Source: Phoronis australis (taxonomy: Eukaryota; Animalia; Phoronida). Taken from it: DNA of 64,000 bases. The position numbers were made by a program, and so were the translations under genes. The stretch lies in assembly GCA_002633005.1 (NCBI GenBank), contig NMRA01000233.1, forward strand, positions 496,001-560,000. Direction: 5' to 3'. Numbering within the stretch: the stretch's first letter is position 1; each line of letters begins with the position of its first letter. Under the pieces are notes generated by a model. It worked only from the letters and a program-made list of their open reading frames with translations. It made no database searches and was not told the DNA's origin. This document shows positions 38,601 through 53,600 of the stretch, in pieces.

Positions 38601-41600
38601 CTTCGTCACCAAATGGGAAACTTAATCGGACTTGCATTGGCACAAATTTGCCCGCAGTGGCTCAGTCGCCACGTGCAGCAAGGATGAGGCATACGTTCAG
38701 GGAAACATCAACTTCGCAAAGTCCTAGGATTTCACGGAGAGATGTGGCGAACCCCGAGATCAAGTCGCCTAAATCGGATAAGATGCTATTGGAGTATGAG
38801 CTTCACTTGAGGAATGAGTGCGCACGGGACAGTTATCCAGACAGCGGGTTCGGCGGAACAGTGAGTGAAACAGCAGACTCTGTGAGATCGGCAGGGAGTA
38901 GGCGAAGTGCAAAGTCGGCCACTCTTCCACCAAGTAAGTTTAGAACCTTTCAAAATGTCTATTTAAAACCACATGGATAAAACATCTTTCAATCTGGAAT
39001 AAATTATTGGTGTTCCTAATTTTACTCGTGACAATATTGAGGGTTGAGTGGGGTCCACCAGTTGCTTCCAAGGCTAGATTTGCTGTGGTCATGTTGCAGC
39101 TCGACAAAATTGCGTGCCCTAATTGCCCCACCAGTCTGTGAAATGTAAAGCCTTTACATAAAATGTAACCAATAGTGTCAGTAAAAACAAAGAAATGCTT
39201 GATTTCAAAATATTTTGTTAGTAACAGTAACAACTCGGCACATTTTATCTGTCCAAAACTGTTAAGTACTGTGGGCATCGCGAAGAGCTTCAACAATTTT
39301 GTGTGCCAAAGGACGCGCGTGCTGTAAACTTTGCCTCCATTACTATACAACTGTGTCATTGCCGCAAAACACACTCAAATCTTGATCTTTTCTAGTTTGA
39401 TGGCCTTGGCCCGATTCCAATGTATGTCGCTTATACATATCGTGTATAGTCTGTACAAAATGATTGGGAGCTGTAATCAGTGTCCTGAGGGTAATATTGG
39501 GTTCTGATATTAGATGTTATGGATATAGATATTAGCCAGTAACACTGTCACGTGAACATCATTTTAAACACTTGCACTCTTAATGATTTCCATGATCAAT
39601 GTCTATTCTATTCAACGTAATTGCACGTGTCTCAGTTTCGTTTTTCTTTCTCATACTTTGTAGAACAATGTAATTTAGTCTTTGATTTACAAATTGTAGG
39701 AAAATAAACTCGCGCCTTCTGTCAAAAACTAGCTCTTGATTTAGGTCACTTTATGCGGAAAAGATTGGTTTCATCTCATTCCATACTGCGATTAGAAATG
39801 ATTTGTAGATTTTGAGAACTGCCCAGTTATTATTGTTTCATATTACTTGTCACGGAGCGTTAGTTTCAGTCGCCAATGTATTATAACTTCCAGGAGAATT
39901 CCAGTTGATTTAATTTTACCAATTTCAATTTACACAAACAATAAGGACGCGATGGTGTTGCTTTAGAAAATCCAATCCGCCTGTGTGTCTGCAGCGCCAG
40001 CAATTGGTTGGTAGCAGCCTTTTTGAGAAATTGAAACTGATGAAGCTGAGAAATGTCAGCCACACGGCTTAATTATCGTTGCCGTTGCCGTTGGGATTCA
40101 AATTGTATTGAGTATGAATAAATAATGCAGTAACTTTCTACATGGTTACTGTGTGATGTCCCGTTCAACTGTAATTGAAACTTCACAGGATCCGGTTAAG
40201 TTTCCTCGAACAAAAATATGGCAAAAATTGTCAGTGTTTAATTTTTCAGGCGCTCACTGTATTGACAGAAATGTCTAAAATTTCATCATGCGTTTGCTCA
40301 TGACAGTCGTACTATCTAAAGTTTTTGAATAACGAAGTAAAATTTTCTGCTCGTTCACTCTTGCTGAAAATTTTGATAAAATAATACCTTTAGTTACTGT
40401 TCCATCATATGGTGTTCTAATCTGGAGAAACTTCACCGTACACATTGTGTTTTGAGAATACTTTTCACTCTTCGAGTAATTTTTTTGAGTCAATCTAGTA
40501 TCTATTATGCAATTAACTTTTAATGTTCTTGGCATCCAAAAAGGATATGACCAATTACACTAATGAGCTCCCAGTGGTTGCTTAGTGAAAGTAGAATAAT
40601 CATGGTTTTTGATTGAGCAATTATCAGGCTGTGCTATTCTATTTCATCGTACAGTGGGCTTGTACTGAAGCAGACTTTCAACAGACCAGTAATTTATCCT
40701 GAAAGTCTAAACTTGTTTGAAAATAGCTATTTGGAAAGCAATCTTATTGGGGAAATTTTTCCGTTCTGTTCTGCGTAATAATATTACAGATTTTCAATCA
40801 CAGTTTTGTTGTTTTCCGTTATAATGCTGTCTATCATAATCTCCACATTAGGTTACATTGCGGAGCTCAGAAAATTTGTGGATTTGGCTGACTTTGGAGT
40901 ATCATATTTCAGAAATGGCTGATTGAATTCTGATAAAACTTTCAGATTCGCTGTTCTCTAAATCGCCTGTAGGAATTGTTTTAAAAATGTTTTACCTTTG
41001 CATGAGGGGCTATCAGAAATAGGATTTTAAGTATGATTTTTGTTCAGAAAATTCAAAAGTTGTGTAAGACGAAAACAAAATGATAGCGTTTTTGAGATTT
41101 CATCTTGATAATTTATATTATATATGAAATGTTTTCATTTTATTTGCACCATTGTTTTGGTCTCAATGTAACTTTCTTTTTTGGTTAAATTTTACTAGAA
41201 AAGACATTGTCTTGAGACCCAGTCAAATTGGCAGATGGGGAAAAAGCCAATAATTAAATTTTACAGATTTTCTTCTATTGGAAAACATAATTATACTTTT
41301 ACTGACAGAGTTACAATGTATAGTTTTGTAGATACTTGGCTGAACACAGACTTGTACATGGTAAGGCCAGAACCTCAATTAAACTTTACTGGAGGTACAA
41401 TGTCTTGATGAAACCATTCTATTTAACTAGCTCACTAAATGGCTTTCAAATTAATCGTTGCCTATGCTTGGAGAATTGGTTCCTATAAAATGAAGTAGTG
41501 TTGTCGCTGGTGAATTAGCAGACATTTTGAACAATAGCATGTATAGTTCAACATGGCGAGCTCGTCTGAGATAAGGATAGTGACACTGCCTACTGCTGTC

Positions 41601-44600
41601 TCTTTAGAAGGTGACAGAAATTAGCACCATCTTTAGGTTGGCATATTTGTCCCGTTCTCAGATATGCCATACACTTCCCTGGCGATGTCTAGCACAGCAG
41701 GTAGCTCTACAGGAAGCAGTAGCAAGCACAGCAGTGACATCATGAGGCAGCAATCTAGCGACACGACGGAGGTGCCTCAGTTTGTCGCCGCGTCCGAGTT
41801 CTCCGACGACGAAGAAGATCGTGGTTCTGACAGTGGTTCTAGTAGTATACACACGGTGCCAGCTGAATCACAGATTTCCATGGTTAGACAGGGAGCCACA
41901 AGAAAAGCTGGGTATGTGATGAACAGATTCTTTTTTTTCTGAAAACACTACAGAACTACAATAAGGAGTTCAAATGTCACAATAATCCTTCCTGAACGAT
42001 GTGTGTGTTCATGTAGTCCTGTGCTATCCATATCCCATAAATATCCCATGGTAACACTACTGAGTACTGTCGAGTAAGGAGTCCCTGCCAAACCTTGTCA
42101 ACACTGGGTCTCCCGTTTGCAATCCTTTTCATGGAACGTTCAGTTACCTAGTAATTACACTGAAGTCACAGAGAGGGAGAACCATAGTATACAAACATGA
42201 ACAAGATCACAGGACAAGTGACAGCTAGAAGATAAGCCGCTAATATATCACCAAGGCATTTTAAAATTAACACAGTGGAGGTCAATTAAATTGCTCCTGT
42301 AATTCAAAATAAGATATAATTTAAGAAATACGAAAGCTATAAGTGTAACAAACAAACATTCCATGTTTATAGAAATTACAAAAACCAAAGGCAGAATTTG
42401 AACTTTTGAAGCACACCACAGTTTAACTCAATTGCTTCTTTTTAAGTACATATTCAAATTGGAATGATGGGTGAATCTCATTAAAGTAAGGCGTGTTAAG
42501 AGGAGCACATTGGAATTTTGAAGACTGCGTTTTAAACTCCTTGTATGACCTCTGTTTAGTTTTGCATGGAACAAATGCAGTGGTGAAACAACATAATGCA
42601 CATTTAAAAATTAATACTGGCCTATTGTTTTCTAAGCAACTGTGTGCCGTTATCTTTAAAAATTGCTGTTCTGCTGTGAAAACCATTACATAGGTTCTAT
42701 AATTTGTGACTAAGTTGCACAGACTGCATTATGGACCAAGTAGTCTGAGATCGATTGCTGTTCAAATTAGATTTGCCAGAGTGCTGCTGACTTTATTTAT
42801 TCTGGTTATAACAAGTTGTCAGTTGGGATGACCTAATTGTTCCAATATTGCGTCTCTTTAAAGTGAATATGGTAATTCTTCAGTTACATTGCACAAAACA
42901 AAAAAAATTTAAATAATTATATTTTCATGAATGTACAGATCGTTGTTGACGGTGGTGTGAAAGTAACTGAGTGACTAAGTAGTCACAACTGCTCGTGTGG
43001 GAATTTTATTGGTGAAAGTTTGCAGATTACATGTTGCCAGCATGATCCAATTTATGGTAATTAACTTACTTTATCAATACAATGGTATTTTATCCCATCC
43101 TTGGTGAAATGTTCTTTTGAGCATACCTATGACTTTTAGTCACACAAAACTCATCTAGGGCACCCCGTTCACCTATTGTATACAAAAGCAAGAGACATCT
43201 CCTGCGAATGTTCAATTATGTGGTGACCATACAATGTTCAGACCTTATTAACACAGTTAAAGGGGTGTGTATTATTATTTACTAGAAATGATGGCAGGGT
43301 TTTGCCTTGATATTTTCACAGGTGCAAAACTGTGTCTGAATTAGCTGAAGCAAGTTTTGCCTCCTACAAAATAAATGAGATGGGTGTGCTACATAAATGG
43401 AAAATTGTTGTATTAGTAGTGATACGACATGTTTTGAGCATTGTACTGTATTTTATTCGTATATTTGCAATAACAAAGAATAAATCAGTTTGCTATATCT
43501 ACTATCTGACCATTGCTTATCAAGTTTTATATGGCCCAATCCTGTGGTCTGTTTTGCGGAAGTGACTTAAAACTTAAGACAGACATTTTGTTTTGCACTC
43601 CCTCTTCTCAGTTGTTGAGCAAAGGTTTAGGGTTTAGCCAATTAATCAGGAGCGCATTACAGTCTAGAAACAACTTATAATAATTATCTCAGTAACTATG
43701 AGTTTTGTATATATTCTCAGACACATTACATTTTTGCCTACTAGGTGAAATGTAATTGTTTTGCAGAAATAGTTCTGTGGCGTGTACGGCCAAGTTTCAT
43801 GAAAAAGAATCTTATTCCCGAACTCCAGCTTAAAAGTAACTGTTCCCGTGGCACGATTCGAGTAAAAATGTGTAAGGTTACTCGAAGTGCACCCTGCCAT
43901 TGGTCCATTCGAGTACGTGTGATTAGTACAGGGGGCTCTCAGGTGTTTTGAATTTCAAAATTTTGTGCAGAACTTTCGTCACACTGCTTCGCTTCTAGCA
44001 ACTTAGTTAATTTCCAGGTGGTTGATTGTGAAGAACTGGCTGATCCACAAGAAGAGGAAGATTGAGTTGGCGCCCAAGAGGAGCTGGAGGAAATACTGGG
44101 TCTGTCTGAAGGGCACCACGCTGCTCTTTTATAACTGTGGAGAGCAGCAGACGCAAGTAGCAGACGATGCCATACCTCGTCACATGCTGGGTAGGTGGCG
44201 CTAGGCATCTACGTGATAAAGAATTGAAAAGTTGGGTCTCTTCCTAAATCTTCTGTGGATTGCTGTTTTGAAAACTGTTTTTGCGTTTAGTCATGCTATG
44301 GAACTCGTTTTGATATGTTTTATTGTGCATGTACTGTCCCACTGCATTGTTGTTGAAAGCCATGGAATTTTATTGATGTTGAGAACTTGAGTGGATCCAC
44401 TAATTGATTTTATGCAATTTTGATACACTTATGTTTAGCTTTTCAAATTTTTTGTGCCCGTTATGGTACAGTTATGTTGGCGCTGTGTTGATTATTGATG
44501 ACATTAATAAAACTTCATTAAAGATTTTGTGGATATCTGTAACAATGGTAACTAGGTTAGATTTACAGTTGCAAAATATTTCCCGATTTGCCAATGTGTT

Positions 44601-47600
44601 ACGGTAGGTACATGATGTGCTAATTGTTGTAGCCATTGGCCCTATATTTAAGGAAACTGGCCCTTGTTCATGAGATTTCTTGTGTAAGGTAGTTAAAGCA
44701 GGTGTGATTTCCAATTCTTGCAGTGATTGAAGGTGGTATTGCCCAGGCTGTACCAGAACATCCGAAGCGCGAGCACATTTTCGCACTCAGCACCGCATTT
44801 GGAGATGCCTATCTCTTCCAGGTCTGTAGTACATACATTTGGAAATCAAGTATTTTATTGTGGGTTTTGTACAATTTTCAGAACTGGACACGGTTGAGTG
44901 ATTTGTGGCAGATCATTTTCGACACGAAATTTGTTCTCAGAAACATTTGGCAATTTTCAACCTACTTCATCTTCACATCATTGCTATATGTTGTCTTTCT
45001 AACCAACTTGGCCAATCAATCCCAGAGATAAGTAATTAGCCAGCAAGTTCCACTTTTAATAACATCCAAAGTGGATGAGTTTTATGAGGATGTCCATGAT
45101 CACTTCTTTTACGATGTATTTTTTTTTCAAAATGGCCTCTATGTTCTAATTAAAACAGTTCAGTTTTCTAATTATTCATTATCATTTTGCTGCATAAACT
45201 TCACTGACTTTTCCTGGCATTAGTTTGAGAGGTCTAGAAAATTGCCCCTACCTTAACCGTTTGTATATCTATTGTCCAGTGTGTGAACTTGTGCTGGTCA
45301 TCCATTTTTCATGGAAAGCAAAGTTCATTGGTCGCATATAACCACTTATCACCAGTGCCATTACACTGTTGTATATAGATTATGTAGTAGTTGAAATGAA
45401 CTGGTGCATAATGTTAAACTGCTGATCCTGGTTAGATATGTTCTAGTGTTTTCCTCGCCACCTGGTGGCAGGTGTTATAGCATGTATGTAGATGTACATT
45501 TTTTGGTTTGGTTGTGATTTACATAAGCCACTCGTTTAGCTGTGGGATAATTGAAGATCACAACAGCTAAGTCACGGAAAAATGATTTTGATTGCCAAAG
45601 CTTAATTTCTCAGGCATCATCCCAAATAGACCACGACAACTGGATCAGTGGTATACACTCGGCCTGTGCCTCATTATTCGCCAGACAGCACGGCCGGGAT
45701 AACACACTCAAGCTACTCAAGTCTGAGATTACTCGTTTGGACGGCAACATTGACATGGTAAGTTTGATGCAATTGCAAAGACAAAAATAATCGGACAAAA
45801 TTCCGTTTTTCGTCATGACAGCAAACTCTGTTAACAGTAAAGATGACTGGTAATGACTGTTCGGGGGGCAGAATTTTGATTACAGAGTGGCTTAGCCACG
45901 GCGTACTATTTTTCTTGTTAATTTCCCTTCATTCGCATGCAGTCATTAAGGAAGACTACTCTGATGATGAAGTGGGCAGGGTGTCACGACAGGGAATTCT
46001 GGGACATTTTGTCGGAATACTTTTGGCATGTGCTGTATATCCAGTGATTGCAAATGTCCCGTCTTGAGATCAGTTCCACTCTTTCCCAGACACACACGCG
46101 GGACTTTGTGCATGTTTTCTCAGTTTGTTCAATTCCCTCGTGTTGCCATGGAAACTCAACTGTTCTCCAGTAAAATTTTGTTGGCATTAGCGCAATGACT
46201 GCGATAGTTATTTTGATGTAACCATGTAACCAGCATGACAGTGTGTTGAACACCGACGTCATTGTGCGCCCTCATAAACATAACATGTGAGTGCATGTTG
46301 TTGTCATTTCTATGTGGGTGTGTGGCGTGCAAGCACCCGACATCTGCTGCTATATTGCCTGAGTTTCTTAAAAGATACTCATGACATTTTGCAGAGGTGC
46401 TCCTATGAACCTCATGTTGGACAACAGCAACTTTTGAACAGATCTGTTTGCTGTGGTGCCCCCTAATGGCAATTTTAGTTTTGTACGTTAAACTTTGTTT
46501 ATCTTGTGGGATTTTTATGATAAGTCGTTATTAGTTCCCTATGGAGACAGCGAAGACAAATTCTCAATTTTTGATGTAATCTGCACCCCCCACCCCTTGT
46601 GGCCATTTTCAATATGTTTTGGCATCAGCCAAACGGCTTAAAGGACCATATAAAATTTGGCTGATATTTTTCTGTTGAACAGAGCAAAGTTGATACTGAT
46701 TTCCGGCCACATCTGGCTACTGTGATGCCCCCTAGTGGCAATTTGAGTTTTCTTTGTGTACGTCTCAATGTCTACCAAGTTCCGATGTGAATTTGCTAAG
46801 GGATCTGACTTCAAGGGCTCCCTCTAGTGGCAAATTGTCATTACATCTGACTGAATTTCTGTTAAGTTCTTCTTTAGATCTTCATAAACTTTGAAATTTG
46901 TAATGTTCTAACAATTAAAAAGCACAACTGCTGCTGAATTTTGGATGGATTCAATTACTGTGGAAATATTTGAAAAAAATGTGCAACAATTTTTTCTCTA
47001 CCGTTAGCAATGCACTCAGTGAGTGAATATCAACTCTCTGTGTTGCATGTGTAAGTATTTCTGTCCAAGCTGTAGTTACCTTTAAGTTGAAGTGTTAGTA
47101 ACCATTGATCTGTGACAAATATGTTGTCCAACTTTTTATTTATAAGTATTATTTTCACTACTGATAATTGTGCTTGAACACCGCAAGGATTATTCTTGTA
47201 TTGCGTGGTCCATAACCTGCTGTCTTTCACTTAGGACATCAAGATGAAAAAGATGGCCGACTTACAACTGACGGTGGTAACTGACCCCAAGAGTAAGACG
47301 GCAATAATCAAACAGATCGCCCAATGGGAAGAGAATCTCGAGAAACTGCACATGGAACAATACAGAATGAGGTGCTATATGTCTTCATTACAGGGATCAG
47401 AGCTTCCTAACCCCAAGGTAAGTGAGCTGGAGAATTTGTATTCTTCCGTTCAGCATTTAGCTGTTTGGAAACAAAATATATGTGGCGGTAATCTTATAAT
47501 TGCATGATATTGTAGCATTTGTTCATTTTTTTGCTTAATTTTTATTCAGTCCACAAGTATAATTGGATGCAATGGAAAACATCGCTGCCCAGAAATCAAT

Positions 47601-50600
47601 GTTAATGTCATTATTAACGTTTGAAATAGGATTTAGGATTTTAAACACGTGTTCACTCATTCAGTTTTACTTGTTTATGCCGGCTAGAAAGATCAAAATT
47701 TAGCTGTAGGAAGCACTTTGCTTGAGGGTTGTTAATCTCCCAGACCCTACCCGTCCTGTCACAGAAATAGCACAATAGTTCTATGGGATGGTGCAATGTA
47801 AAAACCAATTCATTTTAAGCATTCCTTACATAACAAGCATTCCTTACATAACAAGCATTCCTTACATAACTAACATTCTCTTCTAGACCCTGTTGTCCAG
47901 CGTTTCACGTAACACTAAGAACATCCTGGGCCGCTTAGGCGTATTCACGGTCAGCTCATTCCATGCCCTGGTCTGCGCCCGGGCACCCATGACCCTGGCT
48001 AGCCGGCTGGACCGGAAGAAAACCAAGGTGCTACGACTCAAGTCGAGCGACGACAAGCGATCTCAGCTGAATAAGACGTTCAGCCCAGCCTCTCATCTAA
48101 GGTATACTGTGATGTAAATTATTACCAGTGCTTCAATTAGTTAGTATCGGTATGTGATAAACAATTTGTGTTTTTCACTCCATTTTGGCTTCGGGCGCTG
48201 CAGTTCAGACCTTCAAACTTAACTAAAAAGTTAATCAATTACCTGCTACTCAAACTTTCAAGTTTCATGCAATGTGATTGGTTAATTTTCGAGCCGAGAC
48301 TGAAGTAAACATTCTGTCACCCCAAGCCCAGGCCAGTGTATTTAAATTCCATCTGACATCTCTTTGGCAAAGTCACTCCGGTTTTTCATCAGTGCTCTTG
48401 GTGTATTCTTAACTTCCATAAGTTTCACGAAAATCCTTCATGGAATTATCATATTGCTCCACTTGATTCCTCAACAGATGGCCTAGAACTGCATCGCCAC
48501 CTGGTGACCGTTCCAATTCAGTCAGGAAATTTCGTTTGCTGCTTCTTCTCTTCACAATAAAAGTTTCATGTCACAAAAGCTGTTGTCCAAATCAGTTTTG
48601 ACTTGAGAAAAGATCAAGACCAGACTTGAATTGTAAATAGTTTGGCTGGATTTATAAATCTAGCAGCTATCTGGAAGCCACTGTGAATTGAACGTTGAAA
48701 TCCCATATTTGGATATTGCTTCCTGCTCTTTCAATAGCAGCGGATTGGCCAAAACATTCCTAAGTTTGGACGCTAGGTTATTTCTTCACCCTGTTTATTC
48801 TTAAATTAAAGATTAGCCCTGATCTGTTCTTGTTTTCAGTCAAACTGCTACAAACTCTTATCATTCTTCCGAAGAGGGTTCCCTCAACGAGTTTACAGAG
48901 GAAAAGTTGTCTATGACTCAACCAGTGTTGCCAACGAAGACGATGAATTTCGGAGATAATCTCACACGAATCTCTTTACCAAACAATCAGGTACTGAAAA
49001 TAATAAACATTAACTTTATGAAATTATGTGTAACAAAATTTACATTTAATGAAATATCAGATACAATTATTTAATTTCTTGAAAGGAAAATTGAATTAGG
49101 CCTTTCGCCCTTATTTGGTCTCAAAAATATCCTTACCACGATAGGACGTGTTTCTTATAACTGAGAAGAGCATAAAACCGTAACACTGGGGTGACAGGAA
49201 AATCACCAATTTTATTGGGTTCAGCCAACCATGAAATTCAGTAATGGCACGTGGGGAATTTGCATTTAAATATAGGTCAGTCACGGGACATAACAATTAC
49301 CAGTTCCTGTGTGAACATCTCAGATTAGCTGTTGGTTTTGATTCTTCAGTTAAGAACTCTATAAATGTTATGTGTTTAAAGTGAGTGAAACATGACGCAA
49401 TGCAGCGTAGATTTGTAAATTAATTATTTGGTTCATTTATTACTTGGCGGAATTCTTCCGCCAAGTATGTTGCTCTGACAGCAAGTTTTTTTTTTTGTTT
49501 GTTCGCTCTCTACAGGTCGCAATTCTGGTCCGATTTTCACGAAATTTGCACACAACATGTAGATCGGGAATCACTAGAACGCTATTGTTTTTGGTCATGA
49601 TCGAATACAAAATGGCGGACGTGGCAGCCATTTTGTATCCGATTTCACAGTCAAATACTCGTAGAGGCCGCATTTTTCGACCTACATGGCTGAAAATCGG
49701 TACGAATATACTAGAATACATGTGCTACAATTGTGCAGAAAATCGTTGACTTCCGGTTAAAGATGGCGGAAATATTGGACGTGGCGCATGCGCACCCCGA
49801 AATATGGCTAAAAACGTTTTCTCCTGTAGAGGGCGCAATTGCAAACCAATCACTTTCACGTGTTTGTTGAGTTTAATAAGCTTTTATAAAAAATTATTGA
49901 ACCGGAAGTCACCTTCAAGATGGCGGCTGTGGGGCATGTTCACACGGTTTGAATCGCTCTGGTGTCGCATTTTTTATGGGAAGAGCAAATGACGTGAATT
50001 TTTGCATGTGGATTCCTTGAAGTATGGCCTTTCAAAAAGTCTGCGAGAGCGTATTTCTCAGACTTACCGTTTTCCAAACTACCACATTAGATAGAGATTT
50101 GAACGGGCTTTCAGAAGATACTTTCCATTTTGCGCTACGACGTCTACTTTTTGAATTATTCGAGATTTTCGGATACCGTTGTTCCTTCGGTCACACGCAG
50201 CTGGCTGGCTTTCAGTTCACTTTGTTTTGATTATGCCTAGTTGACCCAGACTGACCCAGCCAGCACTGTTCTACTGTAGACTGGACCGTCATGTGGCGCC
50301 ATCTATTGTTCTTTATAGTAGTTGATTGTATGCTCTCTATTTGATTTCGTCGCTAGTCACATGAATGTTATCGTGTTTGCCAAACTACCATTTTAGATAG
50401 AGTTTTGAACGGGCTTTCAGAAGATATTTTCCATTTTGCGCTACGACGTCTACTTTTTGATTTATTCGAGATTTACGGATACCGTTGTTCCAATTCGGTA
50501 ACGCAGCTGGCTGACTTTGTTTTGGTTATGCCTAGTTGACCCAGACTGACCCAGCCAGCAGTGTCCTACTGTGGCATAGCTTTCTGTAGACTGTACAATT

Positions 50601-53600
50601 CCAGGGCAAATACTTATTGTAAACATAACTTTGGTTTGCAGACTGTCACATAGCGCCACCTACTTTAGAATGTGGGAACAGACATGACTCGTCCGTCATG
50701 CTGGGCCATCTATTGTTCTTTAGTGTAGTTGATTGTCTGCTCTCTATTTGATTTCTTCGCTAGTCACATGAATGTTATCGTGTTATCGTCTTATTCATAA
50801 TTGCCGCCGTGGTCGTCTTGATTGTCGTCGTCTCCGTCATCGTCGTCTTTTCGATTTTTTCCACCAAGTGTCGCTCCTCCGAGCGCTCTCGTTTATTTTT
50901 TGTCTGCACATATATCGATCTGCTTTCTTAGACCTGTTCGATCTCTGTAGTTGACCTTTGACCTCCCGTTGCAGACAATTATTCTTCCAATCCACGATGG
51001 CATGACCATACAGGACGTGCTGGAGACTGCTTGCAACAAACGGCAGCTCAATCCCAGTGACCACTTTGTACGGCTCAAGCTGGAAGGGCCAGATAATTAT
51101 ACGACACCAGAGAGGTACTCGTATATGGATAGTGTGGTGAGTAAATCTTTCAGAGATCTTATTATTGTTATTGTTCGTGTAGCAATTTTCTCGCTAACTC
51201 CCTATCTGTCACAATGACCTCAGGTCAATCCTAAATTTCATGGGTGATAAGTACAGTGTAACAACATTATCAGAAGACAGAACAGCAAATTTTATCAGTT
51301 CTTGAACAAAAGTCAACATTATCATGAATAAGGGACTGTCAATTTCTTACCCTTTGAATTTTGCTTACCAGTTGAATTGCGATTGATGCAATGGCCTGTA
51401 AACTGTTCACCAAATTAAAAACAACTCTGATTCGGGACCTTAGTTCGATATAACATTGTCAGATGAGAGTTATTTACTAGGTCATTGGGGTAAGTATTTC
51501 AACCAAAACCTATCACTGATAGTGTTTTTCACCTGAAATTTTGAATACCCGACCTGGCAAATACCTGCCTGAACACATCATGTCATATTTTTGTAAATAA
51601 ATGTAAAACAATATGTGTCCATCTTAGTCTGAGACTTTTCATAACTATTCACCAAAAACGATAATTTTTGAGCATTTTTAGCAATTGAACCCTGCGTTCT
51701 AGATATCCTCAAAAAAATTTTGCCACTGGAAAATGCAGCTCTAAAAAACTTGACAGTGAAAGAGTTAAATGAACTCGGCTCTGTTTGTGTACTAGGCTGA
51801 TGCCTGAAGGGTGTTTTGATTGAGAATCTTGTAAATCTGCAGATGGATTTTGTTTCAAGCACTCCAAATGCTAGTGTCAAATAAAACGTCTGCTGAACGT
51901 GAGCATTGCGCTACTGATAAGTTACAGCATAATCAAGCTGTGGTCATATAACAGTGAATTTTTTTGTAAATGGGCACCCACAAAGATAAGTTTGTACCAC
52001 TTTGAGTTGGGAATGTCACCAAGTGTGGTTTAATGTCTGAAAGTGAGAATTTGGGATGATAGCACGCTCCACTGCAGCTATGTCAGAGGGAATCAAGGTC
52101 TATTCTGGTCAATATTACTAAAGGTGAGGATTGGTCTGACTGTGATTTCACATTTATTCACTTTTTCAATGCAGAACTATGAGAGGGTGGAGATCTGCCA
52201 GAAGACCATCTTTCAAGTAGAACTGAAGAAATCTCCGGGTTACACCAGCTTTGGCCTACAGGTGGAGGCGGAGTTGGCTGAGGATCCTGATCACGAGGAC
52301 AAGTTGTGTGTGTTTGTCGGAGAACTGCGGGAGAGTGGGCTCGCTCACCAGAAAGGTACATTGGAACTGTAACCTCTTAATGTTTTATGCTGGAGCAAGA
52401 CAACCTTGCTTTGTTGTATGATCATTTAGGCTATAATCCTGGATGGGGTTTGTGTACACTTGACGTAAGTTGAAATTGCAGACTCTCTGCAATATTCTGA
52501 ACTGGCCCATGCGGAACTAAAAGTCTCAGCCAAAGTATTGCTAACACTAGTTGTCACTGTATGACTTTTAAAGCTGTAATAAGCCAGGCTTTGATGTCAG
52601 AAATCTTCTTCGCACCCGTATTCGCTCTTCCAGAGCAACATTATCATGTTGGTTAAATTCGTTGAAATTGGTAATTATACACCTTGGATTCCCTTGACGT
52701 CCATAATACCCCAGCTGCTAAAACTAATCTACCGTGACGAGCAACGCAGAGCACCTGGTGTGAAACATTAAAAACTTGTCTGTTCCTCTCAGTCTAGAAA
52801 TCATTTCTAATCTGAATGAGGAACAGCTAGGGTGAGAGTAATTTTATTATGGTGAGCTGCCAAAATGGAGAATCAGGTAGTTCCTTTTTATGTGACACAT
52901 ATTTATACGTGGGTGCATATTGCCGTCGTCTCTGGGTGTCTGGCGTCCGCGGCTGTAATTCCTAAACCCCTTGCAAGATCTTAATGAAATTTGACAGGTG
53001 TGTTCCTATGGAGTTAATGACAGCGGGCGACGAGTTTCGGACCGACCTGAATACCGCTGTGCCCCATAGTGGCAATTTTAGTTTTTTACATTTTGCCTCT
53101 GTATCTTCAATTAAGGTTGTCAACTGATTTTAATGAAATTTGGCTCATCGGCATCAATAATGAGATGAAGGTATCCTCCAATGTTCAGATGGATTCAAGG
53201 CATTTTGCACCACCTAGTGGCCGTTTTTACTGTTTTCTGTTTTCGAATCTGTTTTATGGCGTCCGCCCCTCTATCAACCAAACCACTCTAAGAATGATTG
53301 TGAAAAATGACATGTATGTTCTTACTATGAAGAGGACAAACAATGATGATTTTCTAACAACTTTGACTACTGTGGCGCCTCCTAGTGTCAGTTTTTTTTG
53401 CGCCCATGGCTTTATCTCCTTAACACTATGCAGGATCTTATTGAAATTTGGCAGGTGTGTTCCTGTGAGGTTGACAACAGGGGGCGACGCGTTTCGGACC
53501 GACCCGAATATCGCTGTGCCCCCTAGTGGCAATTTTATTTTTTTACGTTTGCCTCTGTATCTTCAAAGGTTGTCAACTAATTTTTATGAAATTTGGCACA

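Noticed and set aside
38253-38687. 144-aa overlapping ORF in another frame (and the minus-strand ORF 38940-39374)
   Set aside because: Shadow of the GC-richer exon 5 or a chance ORF; no recognisable features.
38861-38866. GTGAGT inside exon 5 as the true donor
   Set aside because: Phase 0 is incompatible with phase-1 exon 6; the GTAAGT at 38934 fits.
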